In this document: positions 10,445 to 21,261 of the stretch, one piece after another
Position numbering within the stretch: position 1 is the stretch's first letter
How the letters are laid out: every line of letters begins with the position of its first letter
Source of the DNA: an uncultured Methylomirabilota bacterium
Lineage (GTDB): Bacteria; Methylomirabilota; Methylomirabilia; Methylomirabilales; 2-02-FULL-66-22
DNA: 64,000 bases
Assembly (NCBI GenBank): GCA_963705305.1
Contig: OY970067.1
Span: 32,001-96,000 of the forward strand
Reading direction: 5' to 3'
Position numbers and translations under genes: made by a program
Notes under the pieces: model-generated
Databases searched by the model: none
Told to the model about the DNA's origin: nothing
The model's input: the letters and a program-made list of their open reading frames with translations, nothing else

Positions 10445-11415
10445 GGAGGGGGTGGTGGGGTAATCCCGAGGAACCCCACGACCAAGAGGATGGCAGCTCC
10501 TAGGACCGTCTCGCCGAGGACGTTCCAGCCAAGGCGGCGGAGGAGCAATGCAAGCGGTGCGTCGGGGCTGGCCGGCTGCCCGGCCCTCAGGCGGGGCAGG
10601 AGCCGGAGCCGGCTGTGCCCCGCCACCGCCAGCAGGAGAGCCAGGAGCGTCAATTTCAGCAAGAGCAGGTGCCCGTATAGGGTCCCCACAAATGCCAGCC
10701 AGCTCCCAACCAAGACCCAGGTATTGACCAGGCCGGTCAGGATCAGGCCGAGGACGCACCCGAGGCCGAGGGCGGAGAAATGGTCGATCACGCGGCAGGC
10801 TGCCGTCGCCCGGCCCGGAGTGAGCGACCGCCCGGCCGAGCGAAGGAAGAGGCCCAGTGGGAGAAGGCCGCCCAGCCACAGGCCCGTTGCGAGCAAGTGG
10901 ACGACGTCCGCGACGAGATGCGGCAGCCGGGCGCTCCCCTCGGTCCCGGCCGCGTGCCCGGTCCAGGCGAGGGCTCCCATCGCGACTCCGGCGAGCAGGG
11001 CGTCTCCTAAGTGACGGAGGCGCGCAAGGCTGCCGGCCTGCCGCAAACGGGGGGAGGCGAGGCTAAGGCCCAGCAGGAGGAAGATCGCCAGGCGGAGCGA
11101 CCAGAGGCGGCCGAAGGCGGTGCGGGTCAGGACGGTTCCGATGATCGACAGCGTGAGTGCCTGCCCGAGGGGGCGTCCGCTCATCAGGGCGACCTCCGCG
11201 CCGAGCCAGACCAATGCCGAGCCAAGGGCGACTAGGAGGCTCCCCATACCAAGCCGGCGGAGCAGGCCACGGAAGTGTACGGACTCGGGGTCCACAAGAG
11301 CGGGCGGGCCGGAAACCACCCACCCCACCTCCAGCAGGAGGATGCTGAACGTTCCCACGAGCAGGGCGTTGCTCGCCAGGTGGACGAACCGGACAAGCGC
11401 CAGCAGGTCGGTCAT
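10441..11415 (-). CDS. copD: Copper resistance membrane protein CopD
   Basis: RFVH, T-FG, WTGHA, HLLATGLWLGGL, FSALG, TGLVN, YG-LL-LK; follows copC. Confidence 0.9.
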   Translation of the reverse strand: MTDLLALVRFVHLASNALLVGTFSILLLEVGWVVSGPPALVDPESVHFRGLLRRLGMGSLLVALGSALVWLGAEVALMSGRPLGQALTLSIIGTVLTRTAFGRLWSLRLAIFLLLGLSLASPRLRQAGSLARLRHLGDALLAGVAMGALAWTGHAAGTEGSARLPHLVADVVHLLATGLWLGGLLPLGLFLRSAGRSLTPGRATAACRVIDHFSALGLGCVLGLILTGLVNTWVLVGSWLAFVGTLYGHLLLLKLTLLALLLAVAGHSRLRLLPRLRAGQPASPDAPLALLLRRLGWNVLGETVLGAAILLVVGFLGITPPPPP

Positions 11416-11777
11416 GGCGCAATCCGGAATGCGAAGTTCCCGTGAGTGACATGGGTGTCCACTGACACGACCCGCCAGGTCACTTTGTAGCTTCCCGGAG
11501 GCAGCGGGGGGACCGAGACCCAAAGCTGCTTGGGGGTGGACGGGTCAACCGTGACGTCCCCTTTGTCCACCCGTTGGCCGGCTGCATTGATGACTTGGAC
11601 GCGACTGAAGGCGGGCTCCAGTCGCTCAGTGAACCAGAGCCGCACCTGGGTCGGCGAGGTGTTGACAGTGCTCCCCGCTCGGGGGCTGGCACGCTTCAGA
11701 TAGGCATGGGCTTCCGCTAGAGTCGCCCCGGCCAGAAACAGGCTCAAGGCTATCGCAAGCAAGATGCTGCGCTTCAT
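11412..11777 (-). CDS. copC: Periplasmic copper-binding protein CopC
   Basis: Signal peptide then HAYL (N-terminal His), WRVVSVDTH. Confidence 0.93.
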   Translation of the reverse strand: MKRSILLAIALSLFLAGATLAEAHAYLKRASPRAGSTVNTSPTQVRLWFTERLEPAFSRVQVINAAGQRVDKGDVTVDPSTPKQLWVSVPPLPPGSYKVTWRVVSVDTHVTHGNFAFRIAP

Positions 11778-12111
11778 TAGTCTCCTCCACGCGGTCGAGA
11801 AGGCCCAGGAATACGCTCGGGTCTTTCGCCGGCTGCTTCCCTCTCGGGGTTTGGGGAATCGAGTGTAGCCCGCCAACCTGTCCCCGGCAAATCGGGGTTT
11901 ACTGGAGGCGGCACCGGACACCAATGAGAGGGTACCTGCCCGATTTACCTAAAGGATGATCCCATCTCCTGGCGAGTGGTCAGGAACAGCGAGCCCCTTC
12001 GCGCGCTTTTGCGCAAGATCGGCATATCACTTCACAATCAACGCTCCCCTTCCGAGGCGTCCGTCATCGGCTCACCTCCGCGGCCGTGGAACCCAAAAAG
12101 GGGAACAAGAC

Positions 12112-12147
12112 TTGATTCTTGATTTGGCACCACTACAATCTTATATT
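12112..12147 (+). promoter_or_regulatory. Putative sigma70 promoter for the gene at 12230
   Basis: TTGATT-N17-TATATT (12119-12147) and TTGATT-N16-TACAAT (12112-12139). Confidence 0.4.
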
Positions 12148-12229
12148 CCGGCCATTGGGAATCCCGATGATTGCATGACCTCTCCCATGGGCGCCTGACC
12201 AGAAATCCCGCGCCTCCGGAGGATCAACC

Positions 12230-12972
12230 ATGCCTACCGCAGCGCACAACACTCTGCCCGAGCGGGTAGCCCCCGCCCCATGGTCTGGCTGGCTGGCCGG
12301 GCGGTTGAACCATCGTCTGGATTCCGTAAAATCCTTGCAGCGCATCCGAGCCGGGAACATCCTGACCTCCAGCTGCACTCTGGGGATCTTGTCCGCCTGC
12401 CTCCTTCTCACGGCCGGCCCCGTCCGGGCCGCAGGCCCGCAATTCCCGGCAGGCGTGCCCAACCTGCTCGATCCGGCGGTGCTGGCCGAGTACCGGCTCA
12501 CCCTTAATTTCCGGCTAACGTCGCAGGCCGGTAGCGCACATGAGTCGCGCCCGCATTCATGGCTGCGGGGCCGGCTGCCCGCCTCGGACCTGGTCGCACC
12601 CGACGGGTGGCGCCCCGTAGAGGCGATGCACAGGTTAGCCGGAGATTTGGGCTCACCCGGCTGGGGGGCCTGCAGGGCAATCCCGACTTCCCCCTGCTGC
12701 TGCTCGTCCACAGGGCCACGACCCCGCCCGGGGCCGTCCTGGTCGCCCTGGACGCCCGCAACGGCACCGACATCTGGTCCTTGGGCACCGACCCCGTTGT
12801 TGTGATCGCCCTCTTCGCCGACCCGATGACGCTCACAGCCCTGTATGTTGACCGCGGCTTCGTCGCACAGGGGCTTCCGTCGGGACGCTTCCAGCGCCTT
12901 GCCAACCCGCGCGCCATGCTGCCCGACCTCCTTCATGTCGTCTCCGCACTCCCCACCCGCGTCTTCCTCTGA
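12230..12972 (+). pseudogene. Putative exported protein of unknown function, interrupted by a MITE
   Basis: Removing 155 bp (element plus one TSD) joins ORF 12230 to ORF 12559-12972 in frame: ...AEYRLT|RLGGLQGNPDFPLLLL...; hydrophobic signal-like segment ending PVRA; start codon uncertain. Confidence 0.75.
12503..12650. mobile_element. MITE (148 bp) with 17-bp imperfect TIRs and target-site duplication
   Basis: Left CTTAATTTCCGGCTAAC vs right reverse complement CCAAATCTCCGGCTAAC (14/17); GCTCACC duplicated at 12496-12502 and 12651-12657. Confidence 0.85.
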
Positions 12973-13272
12973 GCGCGGGGTGAATGCTCGATCGGCCCGT
13001 GACCCCCAGTGCTCCGACCACTCTGTGGGTCGCAGGATCCGAAGTCAGGCGCCACTCGGTCGCGGAGACCGGAAGGCCTGCGGAAGCCGAGGGACATCAT
13101 GACAGGCCGTCTGAGGGCAGGCAGGCCAGGGCCGCAATCAACCGAAAGGATGGGCACCATCGCGCGTGGCGAGGCAGTCCGTCCCATTGATTGGCTGAAT
13201 GGTGAGGGGCCGATCCGGGTGGAAGGACGCGGAGCAAGCGGATGAGGGCGACCGGATGAGAGGAGGGGATCC

Positions 13273-13704
13273 ATGCCGACACGGAAAGCCGAGACAGAGT
13301 GGAAGGGCAACCTCGCCGAAGGTGGCGGGCGGCTGCGAGTGGGCAGCGGGGCCTTTGACGGCCCCTACTCGTTCAAGTCCCGATTTGAAGAAGGCCAGGC
13401 GGCCACCAATCCCGAAGAGCTGATCGGCGCGGCGCACGCCGGGTGCTTCACGATGGCGCTCACGGCGCAGCTGTCGCGCGCAAGCGTCAAACCGACGCGC
13501 ATCCACACCGAGGCGCAAGTGACCCTCGAAAAGGTGGGCGACCAGTTCTCCATCACACGAATCGAGTTGAAGACCGAGGCGGACATACCGGGCATGGACA
13601 GCGCGACATTTCAGAAATACGCGCAAGTCGCGAAAGAGACCTGTCCCGTGTCGAAGGCATTGGCCGGAACCCCAATTCACCTGAACGCAGCGCTGGCGAA
13701 GTGA
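13273..13704 (+). CDS. osmC: OsmC peroxiredoxin
   Basis: TNPEELIGAAHAGCF, CPVSKAL. Confidence 0.95.
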   Translation: MPTRKAETEWKGNLAEGGGRLRVGSGAFDGPYSFKSRFEEGQAATNPEELIGAAHAGCFTMALTAQLSRASVKPTRIHTEAQVTLEKVGDQFSITRIELKTEADIPGMDSATFQKYAQVAKETCPVSKALAGTPIHLNAALAK

Positions 13705-13815
13705 CGGAGAAAAAGACAGTGCTGACGCCACCGCCTTCCCATATAGTTTCCTCCAGGAGATCTCTGCCAGAGAAACTGTTGCGGGAGACCGCCCCCGTGG
13801 CAGCGAGGCAACAGG

Positions 13816-15243
13816 ATGGCGCCATCGGACACCCTCCGCGATCGCTCCGGAGGACGGCACACTGACTTTCACCCCGGATTCCTCTGGGTCGCCCTGGCCG
13901 CAGCGATCCTGGCGGGCTTCGGCCTGGCCGCCCACCTGAGCTTCGTCCTCGGCTTCGGGTTGCCGCTGGGCGCGGCGTTTCCGACCCTGGTCCAGACGCA
14001 CGGCCACGTCCAGCTCGTGGGCTGGGCGGGGTTGTTCGTCATGGGGGTGAGCCTCTTTTTCATCCCCCGGTTAGCCAGCGCGCCGTTGCGGCATCCCCGT
14101 TGGGTCGGCCTCATCCTGTGGTTGATGGCGGCGGGTCTCCTGCTGCGGGCGGGCACCCAGCCGATGCTCGCGTACCTCTGGCCGGGTGCCGTCCGGGGCG
14201 TTCTGGCGAGCCTGCTGGCCGCCTCGGGAGTGCTCGAGGGAGCCGGGATCGCGCTCTATCTGCTCCTGCTGATCGGGACGTTGCGCGGCACGGGGGACCT
14301 CCAAGGCCAGCCGGCCTTCGCGGCCGTCCGGCCGTACTTCGGGATGATGGCGGCGGGCTGGACCCTGTACGGTGGCGTCAACCTCGTCCTGGTCCTGGCC
14401 ATGGCCCGGCACGAGGCGGCCGTGGCGAATGTTCCCTGGAATGAATTCGCCATCGACTGTTTCATCGCCCTCGTGCTTTTGCCCGTGGCCATGGCCTTTT
14501 CCGTTCGCCTGCTCCCCATGTTCCTGGCGCTCTCGGCGGCGTTCTGGCCGGTGCGGGCCACCGGCTACGCTTACTTCGCGGCGGCGGGCGTACAGCTGTT
14601 CGCGCGCCTCCTTCCGCTCTCCGGGCTAGCGACACGGCTGGCCGAGTCCCTCGGCGGGCTGGGGGGACTGTGCAAGGGGCTCGTGCTCCTCTGGTTCGTG
14701 TGGAAGCTGGACCTGCTCACCCGTCGCCGCTCGGTGGAGCGGCCCGCGCGCTTTCTTCTGACCGGCCCGGACCGGGCACCCACCCGGCCGGGCCTCCCGG
14801 ATTTCGGGGAGTTCGGCCGCTTCGAGCTGCTGGTCTACCCGGCGTACGTGTGGTTGGTGCTGGCCGCCGCGTACGAGATCCTCGATGGGGCCATGGCGCT
14901 CGCGGGCCAGGCGGGTCCCGTGGACCCGGGCCTCCTCCGGCACATCTATCTCCTCGGCTTCATCACCCTCCTCATCCTGGGCGTCGCCGTCCGGATGCTG
15001 CCGGGGTTCCTGCAGAAGAGGGCCGTGGCCTCTCCCGGCTTGGTGGAAGCCACGATCTGGCTGGGGAATACCGCGGTGATCTTCCGGGTGCTCCCCCTGC
15101 TCCTGCCGTCGGCCCTGCTCCATGCGGTGCCCGGCGGCGCGGCGCTGGCCCGAGCGGCGTTCGGGCTGTCGGGGACGATCGCCCTGGCGGCCGTCGTATG
15201 CCTGGCCGCGAATCTCTGGTGGACGGCCCACTCCTCGTCCTGA
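13816..15243 (+). CDS. nnrS: NnrS family membrane protein
   Basis: HGHVQLVGW, FIPR, RLLPMF, RHIYLLGF, RMLPGF; multiple TM helices. Confidence 0.7.
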   Translation: MAPSDTLRDRSGGRHTDFHPGFLWVALAAAILAGFGLAAHLSFVLGFGLPLGAAFPTLVQTHGHVQLVGWAGLFVMGVSLFFIPRLASAPLRHPRWVGLILWLMAAGLLLRAGTQPMLAYLWPGAVRGVLASLLAASGVLEGAGIALYLLLLIGTLRGTGDLQGQPAFAAVRPYFGMMAAGWTLYGGVNLVLVLAMARHEAAVANVPWNEFAIDCFIALVLLPVAMAFSVRLLPMFLALSAAFWPVRATGYAYFAAAGVQLFARLLPLSGLATRLAESLGGLGGLCKGLVLLWFVWKLDLLTRRRSVERPARFLLTGPDRAPTRPGLPDFGEFGRFELLVYPAYVWLVLAAAYEILDGAMALAGQAGPVDPGLLRHIYLLGFITLLILGVAVRMLPGFLQKRAVASPGLVEATIWLGNTAVIFRVLPLLLPSALLHAVPGGAALARAAFGLSGTIALAAVVCLAANLWWTAHSSS

Positions 15244-15437
15244 CCGGAAGAGAGGCTACGCCCGGATTCGAGGTCCCCGTATGACAGCGGGCTGGCGCTT
15301 GTGCGGGATGTGGATGCCCGACGGGCGCCGATAGCCGCTTTCACCGAGTATCTGCCGACGCCAGCCCGTTCCGGAACCTCTCGGACTTCACGGCGGAATC
15401 GAAGGGAGGTCGAAGGGGCGCGGTCGTTCTCATCGTG

Positions 15438-17252
15438 CTAAGGTGAATCCCTTCTCCTCCACCTCGCGCCCAAGGGAGCCAGCCGGGCCAGCCAGCCGGG
15501 TTTTCGCTCCCGCTCTTCCTCGATCTGGCGGAGCAACGCGGTGAACACGCTGGCGCGGCCCAGATAACCGACGAGGCGGCGGGGATTCTCCCGGCTCACC
15601 ACAGGGAGTCGGCCCACATCGTGTTCTAGCATCTCCACCACGGCGGCATAGACGGTTTCGTCTGGATACGTCACGATGGGCCGGTGGGTCCCTGCCTCCA
15701 GAACCGTCATGCTCCCAGTCGGATCCGTCCGCAAGGCCCTCGCCTCGTCGCCGCGCGTGATGACACCCACGAGGTTTCCGTCCCGGTCCACGATAAGCAG
15801 CGCGTGGTGGTGGACGAGCCACTCATCGCCCTGCTCGATCCGGTCGGCCACCTCCTGCACCCGGGTCTCGGCGGGGACGGTGGGGACCCGGGTGATCATT
15901 ACCTCGGAGACGCGCTGCATTTCCAGCGGGTCGGCGCTGTACTCGCGCATCAGGTGATGCCCGTGGCGCGCGACCTTCTCCGTCAGGATCGAACGGCGCA
16001 GCACGAAGACCGTCACCGTGTAGGCGGCGATGCAGCTCACGAGCAAGGCAGGCAGGACGTTGAGGTCGTGTGTCAACTCCAGCGTGAAGATCATGGCGGT
16101 GAAGGGCGAGCGCATGGTGCCGCCCATGACGCAGGTCATGCTGATCAGCGCCCAGAGGCCTGGGTCCCCTATCGAGATCCAATGGGCTTCTACCGCCCCC
16201 AGGGCGCCGCCCATGATCAGGAGCGGCGCCAGGACGCCCCCCGAGGTGCCGGAGCCCAGGGCGATCGACCAGGCGAGCGATTTACCGATGAGCAGCGCGT
16301 AGAGGGCCGGCCCCACGATCTCCCCGTGCAGGAGGGCGCGAATCGTGTCATACCCCACCCCCAGTACCTGGGGGTTGATCCATCCGGCGATGCCGACGGC
16401 GAGGCCGCCGATGGCGGGCCACCACATCCAATGGACGGGGAGCTTGTAGAAAAGGTCTTCGAAGCCGTACACCAGCCCGGTGAGGATCCAGGACATGAGG
16501 CCGCCGAGGATGCCGACCCCTAGGGATATCACAAGCCCCTCCCCACTCAGCGGGGCGTGATGGGTAACCGGAAAAATCGGCCCCTTGCCGAGCAGGGGCA
16601 CGCGTAGGGCCGCCGCCACGACGGAAGAAAGAGCCACCGGAATCAAGGAGCGCGGCTTCCACTCGAAGAGGAGCAGTTCAACGGCGATCAAGACGGCTGC
16701 TACCGGCGACGCAAAGATGGCTGCCATCCCACCGGCGGCCCCGGCGACCAGGAGCGTCTTCCGCTCGGCAGCACTGAGGCGGAAACATTGCGCGAAAAGC
16801 GATCCGAAAGCGCCCCCCGTCATGATAATCGGGCCTTCTGCGCCAAACGGCCCGCCTGTACCGATGGAGATGGCGGAGGAAAGAGGCTTCAGGACCGCCA
16901 CTCTCGCCTCCATCCGGCTCTCGCCGATGAGGATGGCCTCCAGTGCCTCGGGAATCCCGTGGCCGCGGATCTTCTCCGAACCGTACCGCGCCATCACCCC
17001 AACGATCAGCCCGCCTACCACGGGAACCAGGATCACCAGCACCCCCATGTGTTGATGGTCGGGAGAGATGAAGGATGATGACAGGCGTTGATAGAAGGAC
17101 AGGTTGGTGATGGCGCCGATGAGCCACACCAAGGCGTAGGCGACGAAAGCGCTCATGGCCCCGATGGGCAAGGCCATCGCAGCGAGAACGAGAACCCGAA
17201 CGTCTCGGGTGAAATCTGACAGCCGGTCTTTTATTCTGATCGTTTCGTTCAT
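15438..17252 (-). CDS. ClC family chloride channel/antiporter with C-terminal CBS pair
   Basis: GHGIPE, GAEGP, GGVLAP; two CBS domains. Confidence 0.93.
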   Translation of the reverse strand: MNETIRIKDRLSDFTRDVRVLVLAAMALPIGAMSAFVAYALVWLIGAITNLSFYQRLSSSFISPDHQHMGVLVILVPVVGGLIVGVMARYGSEKIRGHGIPEALEAILIGESRMEARVAVLKPLSSAISIGTGGPFGAEGPIIMTGGAFGSLFAQCFRLSAAERKTLLVAGAAGGMAAIFASPVAAVLIAVELLLFEWKPRSLIPVALSSVVAAALRVPLLGKGPIFPVTHHAPLSGEGLVISLGVGILGGLMSWILTGLVYGFEDLFYKLPVHWMWWPAIGGLAVGIAGWINPQVLGVGYDTIRALLHGEIVGPALYALLIGKSLAWSIALGSGTSGGVLAPLLIMGGALGAVEAHWISIGDPGLWALISMTCVMGGTMRSPFTAMIFTLELTHDLNVLPALLVSCIAAYTVTVFVLRRSILTEKVARHGHHLMREYSADPLEMQRVSEVMITRVPTVPAETRVQEVADRIEQGDEWLVHHHALLIVDRDGNLVGVITRGDEARALRTDPTGSMTVLEAGTHRPIVTYPDETVYAAVVEMLEHDVGRLPVVSRENPRRLVGYLGRASVFTALLRQIEEERERKPGWLARLAPLGARWRRRDSP

Positions 17253-17599
17253 GGTTTCTCGTATCCTTGATCCGGATCGCAAAGGAGCAGCGAAATCGGG
17301 CCTTCCGTGTTGGGCAGTTCATCGCCCTGCTCTTCGTCCAACCTGGCCGGGCGAAATCGTTCCGCGAGGTCGGCGGAGGCTTGACCTGCGCCGAACTGAA
17401 CCAGCCGTTCGCGGGGCCGCCCGCCATCGAGGGGCCCGCGCAGCTCGTCCTGGAGGTCGCGTAAGTTGGACAGCAGGATGGAGGAGCCTGAAAAGTCTGT
17501 TTTCCGGGGTGCGGCCAGCGGGATTCGTAGGCCGGGGGGGTCGTGAACGGCGGCGAAGACTGGGCAGGCGGGGAACCGGGGGGCAGACACTGGTGTTCT

Positions 17600-18448
17600 C
17601 TAGCCTTTCACTGACCCGGTCAGGCCGGCCACGTAATACTCCACGAAGAAGGAGTAGATAAAGGCGATCGGAACCGAGCCGAGCAGGGCCCCGGCCATGA
17701 GTTGCCCCCAAAAGAAAATGTCCCCGCGGATCAGTTCGGTCACCACGCCGACGGAGATGGTCTTGTGGGCGGCGGAAGAGAGGAAGACCAGGGCATAGAG
17801 GAACTCGTTCCAGGAGAGGGTGAAGGCGAAAATTCCCGCCGACAGAATCCCCGGGATGGCGATGGGGAAGATGATCCGCACCATGGCGCCGATGCGGGTG
17901 GCCCCGTCGATGCGCGCGCACTCTTCCAGCTCCCGCGGGATGGTGCGAAAATACCCCATGAGCAGCCAGGTGCAGAACGGGATCAGGAACGTGGGATAGG
18001 TGAGGATGAGCGCCCAGGGGGTGTCGCCGAGCTGGAAATTCCGGATGATGGTGGCCAGGGGGATGAACAGGAGCGTCGGCGGGACTAGGTAGGTCACGAA
18101 GATGCTCGTCCCCAGGGTCCCGGCCATGGGGAAGTGCAGCCGGGCCAGCGCATACCCTGCCAGCAATCCGCAGAATAGGGAGACAGCCGTGGACAGGAGG
18201 GCGATGAAGAACGTGTTCCAAACCCAGCGCGGGAACACGGTGGTGGCCAGCAGCTTCTCGAGGTGGATCAGGGTGGGGTGAAGGGTCCACAGGGGCGTAT
18301 CATTCACGGCGCGCCACGACCGGTACAGCTCCGAATCGGGTCGCACGGCCGTGACGAGCATCCAGTAGAATGGGAAGAGGATCCCGATCAGGAACATGGC
18401 CAGGGGGATGTAGAAAAAGACCCACGTCCGCCATCGCGGCTCGACCAT
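17600..18448 (-). CDS. Carbohydrate ABC transporter permease (MalG-like)
   Basis: EECARIDGA (EAA loop), SWNEFLYA. Confidence 0.93.
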   Translation of the reverse strand: MVEPRWRTWVFFYIPLAMFLIGILFPFYWMLVTAVRPDSELYRSWRAVNDTPLWTLHPTLIHLEKLLATTVFPRWVWNTFFIALLSTAVSLFCGLLAGYALARLHFPMAGTLGTSIFVTYLVPPTLLFIPLATIIRNFQLGDTPWALILTYPTFLIPFCTWLLMGYFRTIPRELEECARIDGATRIGAMVRIIFPIAIPGILSAGIFAFTLSWNEFLYALVFLSSAAHKTISVGVVTELIRGDIFFWGQLMAGALLGSVPIAFIYSFFVEYYVAGLTGSVKG

Positions 18449-19422
18449 CAGACGCCCTCCAGGTGCCGCACGTACCGGAGCTGAAACCAGACCACGAAGA
18501 GGAGGACCGGGAACATGAACAGCGATATGGCTGCCCCCATGCCGAGCTGGCCCGCCGAGACCCCCACATCGTATGCGTAGGTCGCCAGGACCTGGGTGGC
18601 GTTGGCCGGGCCCCCGCCCGTCAACACGTAGATGAGCTGGAAGTCGGCGAAGGTCTGGATGATCGAGAACACCACCACCACGACCGTCACCGGTTTCAGC
18701 AGGGGCCAGGTCACGTACCAGAAGCGCTGCCATCCGGTGGCGCCGTCCAGGGCAGCCGCCTCGTGCAGGTCGGGATTGATCGTCTGGAGTCCCGCCAGGA
18801 ACGAGATGGCGAAGAAAGGCATCCCGCGCCAGGTGTTCACCACGATAGCGCAGCCCAGGGCCCAGGTGCCGTTGGTCAGGAAGGGGAGCCGATGGGTGAT
18901 GAAGCCGCCGTGATACAGGAGCCAGTTCAGGACGCTGGAGGTCGGGTCGAACATCCATTCCCACGAGTAGGTCGAGAGTACCGTGGGGACAATGAAAGGC
19001 AAGAGGACGATGGCGCGCACGAAGCGGTGGGCGCGGAAGTCCCGGTTCAACAGGAGGGCCAGCCACATCCCCAGGGCCAGCTTGAGGATCACGGCACAAA
19101 TCGTATAGATGACCGTGTTTTGGAACGCGGTCCGGAAGATGGAGTCGTTCCAGGCCGCGACAAAGTTCTGCAGCCCCACGAAATGGCCGGGGTTCCCCAC
19201 GCTGGTGCTGCTGACCGCCAGCCAGATCCCCATCATGAAAGGGTAGGCAATGAAGAGGACAAGCAGCAGGAGCGCCGGGGCCATGAGAACGGCGGCCAGG
19301 ACGCTCTCGTTCTCCAGCAGCGGAGTGCGTGGAGCCGGAAGCGTGGGGTGAGAGACGCGGGGGTGCGGGAGCGCCTCCACCCTGATGGCGCTCCCCACCT
19401 CCTCCACAAGCTGATGGTTCAT
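18448..19422 (-). CDS. Carbohydrate ABC transporter permease (MalF-like)
   Basis: FVGLQNF, LHEAAALDGA, LTGGGP. Confidence 0.93.
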   Translation of the reverse strand: MNHQLVEEVGSAIRVEALPHPRVSHPTLPAPRTPLLENESVLAAVLMAPALLLLVLFIAYPFMMGIWLAVSSTSVGNPGHFVGLQNFVAAWNDSIFRTAFQNTVIYTICAVILKLALGMWLALLLNRDFRAHRFVRAIVLLPFIVPTVLSTYSWEWMFDPTSSVLNWLLYHGGFITHRLPFLTNGTWALGCAIVVNTWRGMPFFAISFLAGLQTINPDLHEAAALDGATGWQRFWYVTWPLLKPVTVVVVVFSIIQTFADFQLIYVLTGGGPANATQVLATYAYDVGVSAGQLGMGAAISLFMFPVLLFVVWFQLRYVRHLEGV

Positions 19423-19438
19423 CTCGCGTCCAGCAGGG

Positions 19439-20806
19439 CTATGCCGCGTAGACGCTCTTCAATTGCGTGGCGGCCCACTTCGCGGAATCCCCCGGGGTCA
19501 TCCCCTGGACGGCTTTGGCGTACATGTCGGTGACGATATACTTCGAGAACGCCTCGGTGGCCTGGGGATCGGACGGACCGGCGTAGCCGAAGACCCGGGT
19601 CTTGCGGGCGGCCGTCCGGAAGATCTTCAACGGCTCGTCGATGGTCTGCCACATGGGATCGTCCTCCCAGGACGTGTTGGCCCCCACGTTGTATCCGCCC
19701 GAGGCCAGCAGCCACTGCCGGAAGTGCGGCTTCTGATGGATCCAGCGCAGGAACTCCTTGGCCAGCGTCTGGTTCTTGGAGTACTTCATCACCCCGTCGG
19801 ACATGCTGAGGTACAGCTGCTCCTGGCTGACCGGCCCTGCCGGGAGAATGATGTGGTCGATGTCCAGGTACAGCGGATTCCCGTGCTCATCCAGGATCTG
19901 GTCTTTCTGCCGCTTGGCCTGGATGTAGATGGAGGCGCCGTTCAGCGTGGCGCAGATCTCCAGGGCGTAGAACGCCCGGTTGTTGCCGGTATCGTCCCAG
20001 GCCAGGCCCCCCTCATCGCAGCTGTCTTTCCAGAACGCCGTCATGAACTTCACGGCCTCCTGCGTCCCCTTGGAGTCGAGCACGACGTGCTTCCCGGTGG
20101 GGCCGGTCTCGGCGCCCCCGAAGTCCCAAGTGAGCGGATAGGTCCACGTCGGAGCGTCGCCGAAGGTATGGCCCAGCGTCTGCCCGTAGGGTCGCCCCTG
20201 CTTCTTCAGCGGGGTGGTCGCGCGATGGAGGTCCTCCATTGTCTTGATCGTGGTGCGAGGATCGGGCACCCCCACCTCCTTGAACCAAGATTTTCGATAG
20301 GCGATGGCGTTGCCCACGATGGAGTAGGGCACCGCCCGCCAGGCGCCGTTCACGTCCGCCGACGGCGGGTAGATGGCATAGACGGCCCCCTGGTCCTTCT
20401 CCACGGCCTTGACGATGTCGCCCACATCCGCCAAGGCGCTGGCATAGAGCTGGGGCCAGTTGTACATCATCATGAAGATGTCGGCCCCCGAGCCCGATTG
20501 GATCGACGCAGTGATACGCGCCTGGATGTCGTTCCCGTTGATGGTTTCAAGCTGGATCCGTGCGCCGAGGTCCTTAGAGGCTTCGGGCATCTGCCGCTTC
20601 AGCTCGGCGTCGGCGTCGGGGATGAAGTCCACCCAGCGCACCCAGTGCAGCGTGGTCCCCTGGGCGTAGGCGGGTGGCGTCTTGGTCAACAGGATCCCTC
20701 CGAGCCCGCCCGCAGCGGCGACGACGCCGAGGGCGCCTCCCATTTTGATGAAGCTACGGCGGTTCACAGTGACGGCACGGGATTTGGCACGGCGAGACGT
20801 GTCCAT
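19439..20806 (-). CDS. Carbohydrate ABC substrate-binding protein with Tat signal
   Basis: NRRSFIK twin-arginine motif; WDDTGNNRAF; upstream of the two permeases. Confidence 0.9.
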   Translation of the reverse strand: MDTSRRAKSRAVTVNRRSFIKMGGALGVVAAAGGLGGILLTKTPPAYAQGTTLHWVRWVDFIPDADAELKRQMPEASKDLGARIQLETINGNDIQARITASIQSGSGADIFMMMYNWPQLYASALADVGDIVKAVEKDQGAVYAIYPPSADVNGAWRAVPYSIVGNAIAYRKSWFKEVGVPDPRTTIKTMEDLHRATTPLKKQGRPYGQTLGHTFGDAPTWTYPLTWDFGGAETGPTGKHVVLDSKGTQEAVKFMTAFWKDSCDEGGLAWDDTGNNRAFYALEICATLNGASIYIQAKRQKDQILDEHGNPLYLDIDHIILPAGPVSQEQLYLSMSDGVMKYSKNQTLAKEFLRWIHQKPHFRQWLLASGGYNVGANTSWEDDPMWQTIDEPLKIFRTAARKTRVFGYAGPSDPQATEAFSKYIVTDMYAKAVQGMTPGDSAKWAATQLKSVYAA

Positions 20807-21261
20807 CTGACTCCCTCCTTCTCCTTCGGTCTTCAGATGTCCGGGTGTGGCAGCGGGTGCTGGCAGGTGCGGTTGATCCGTGGCGAGGTATGGCTGGGAT
20901 TTCCGGAAGCAACGGAAGTCTCTTCGCATGGGAAGAGGACCTCCACTCCGACGATCTACACGTTATTCTGCTGCCACAGTGTGCTCATGGTCGGGGATGG
21001 TCCGACCGCCGATGCCTATATCTGAACAATCGGACCATCTAGGTCTTGTTTAGCATCGCAAGATATGCTTGTCAAATAATACAGGAGTTATTTCATACGC
21101 CTTCCTGGAAGAACCCGGGCGCGCAATCGAGATTCCTGGCACAGTTGTGAGCAGACGGAATGTTGGCCAGAACTCGCGAGAGGAGCTATAGAGCGTAAAC
21201 GCATCTATCTGAATGGCGCCTGGGGACCGGATCCATAATGGATCGCGCGGTCCGGTGCGCC

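Noticed and set aside
17253..17340. Fluoride riboswitch before the ClC gene (minus strand GGGCGATGAACTGCCC)
   Set aside because: Lacks the downstream GCTGATG/pseudoknot segment, and the ClC lacks fluoride-exporter motifs
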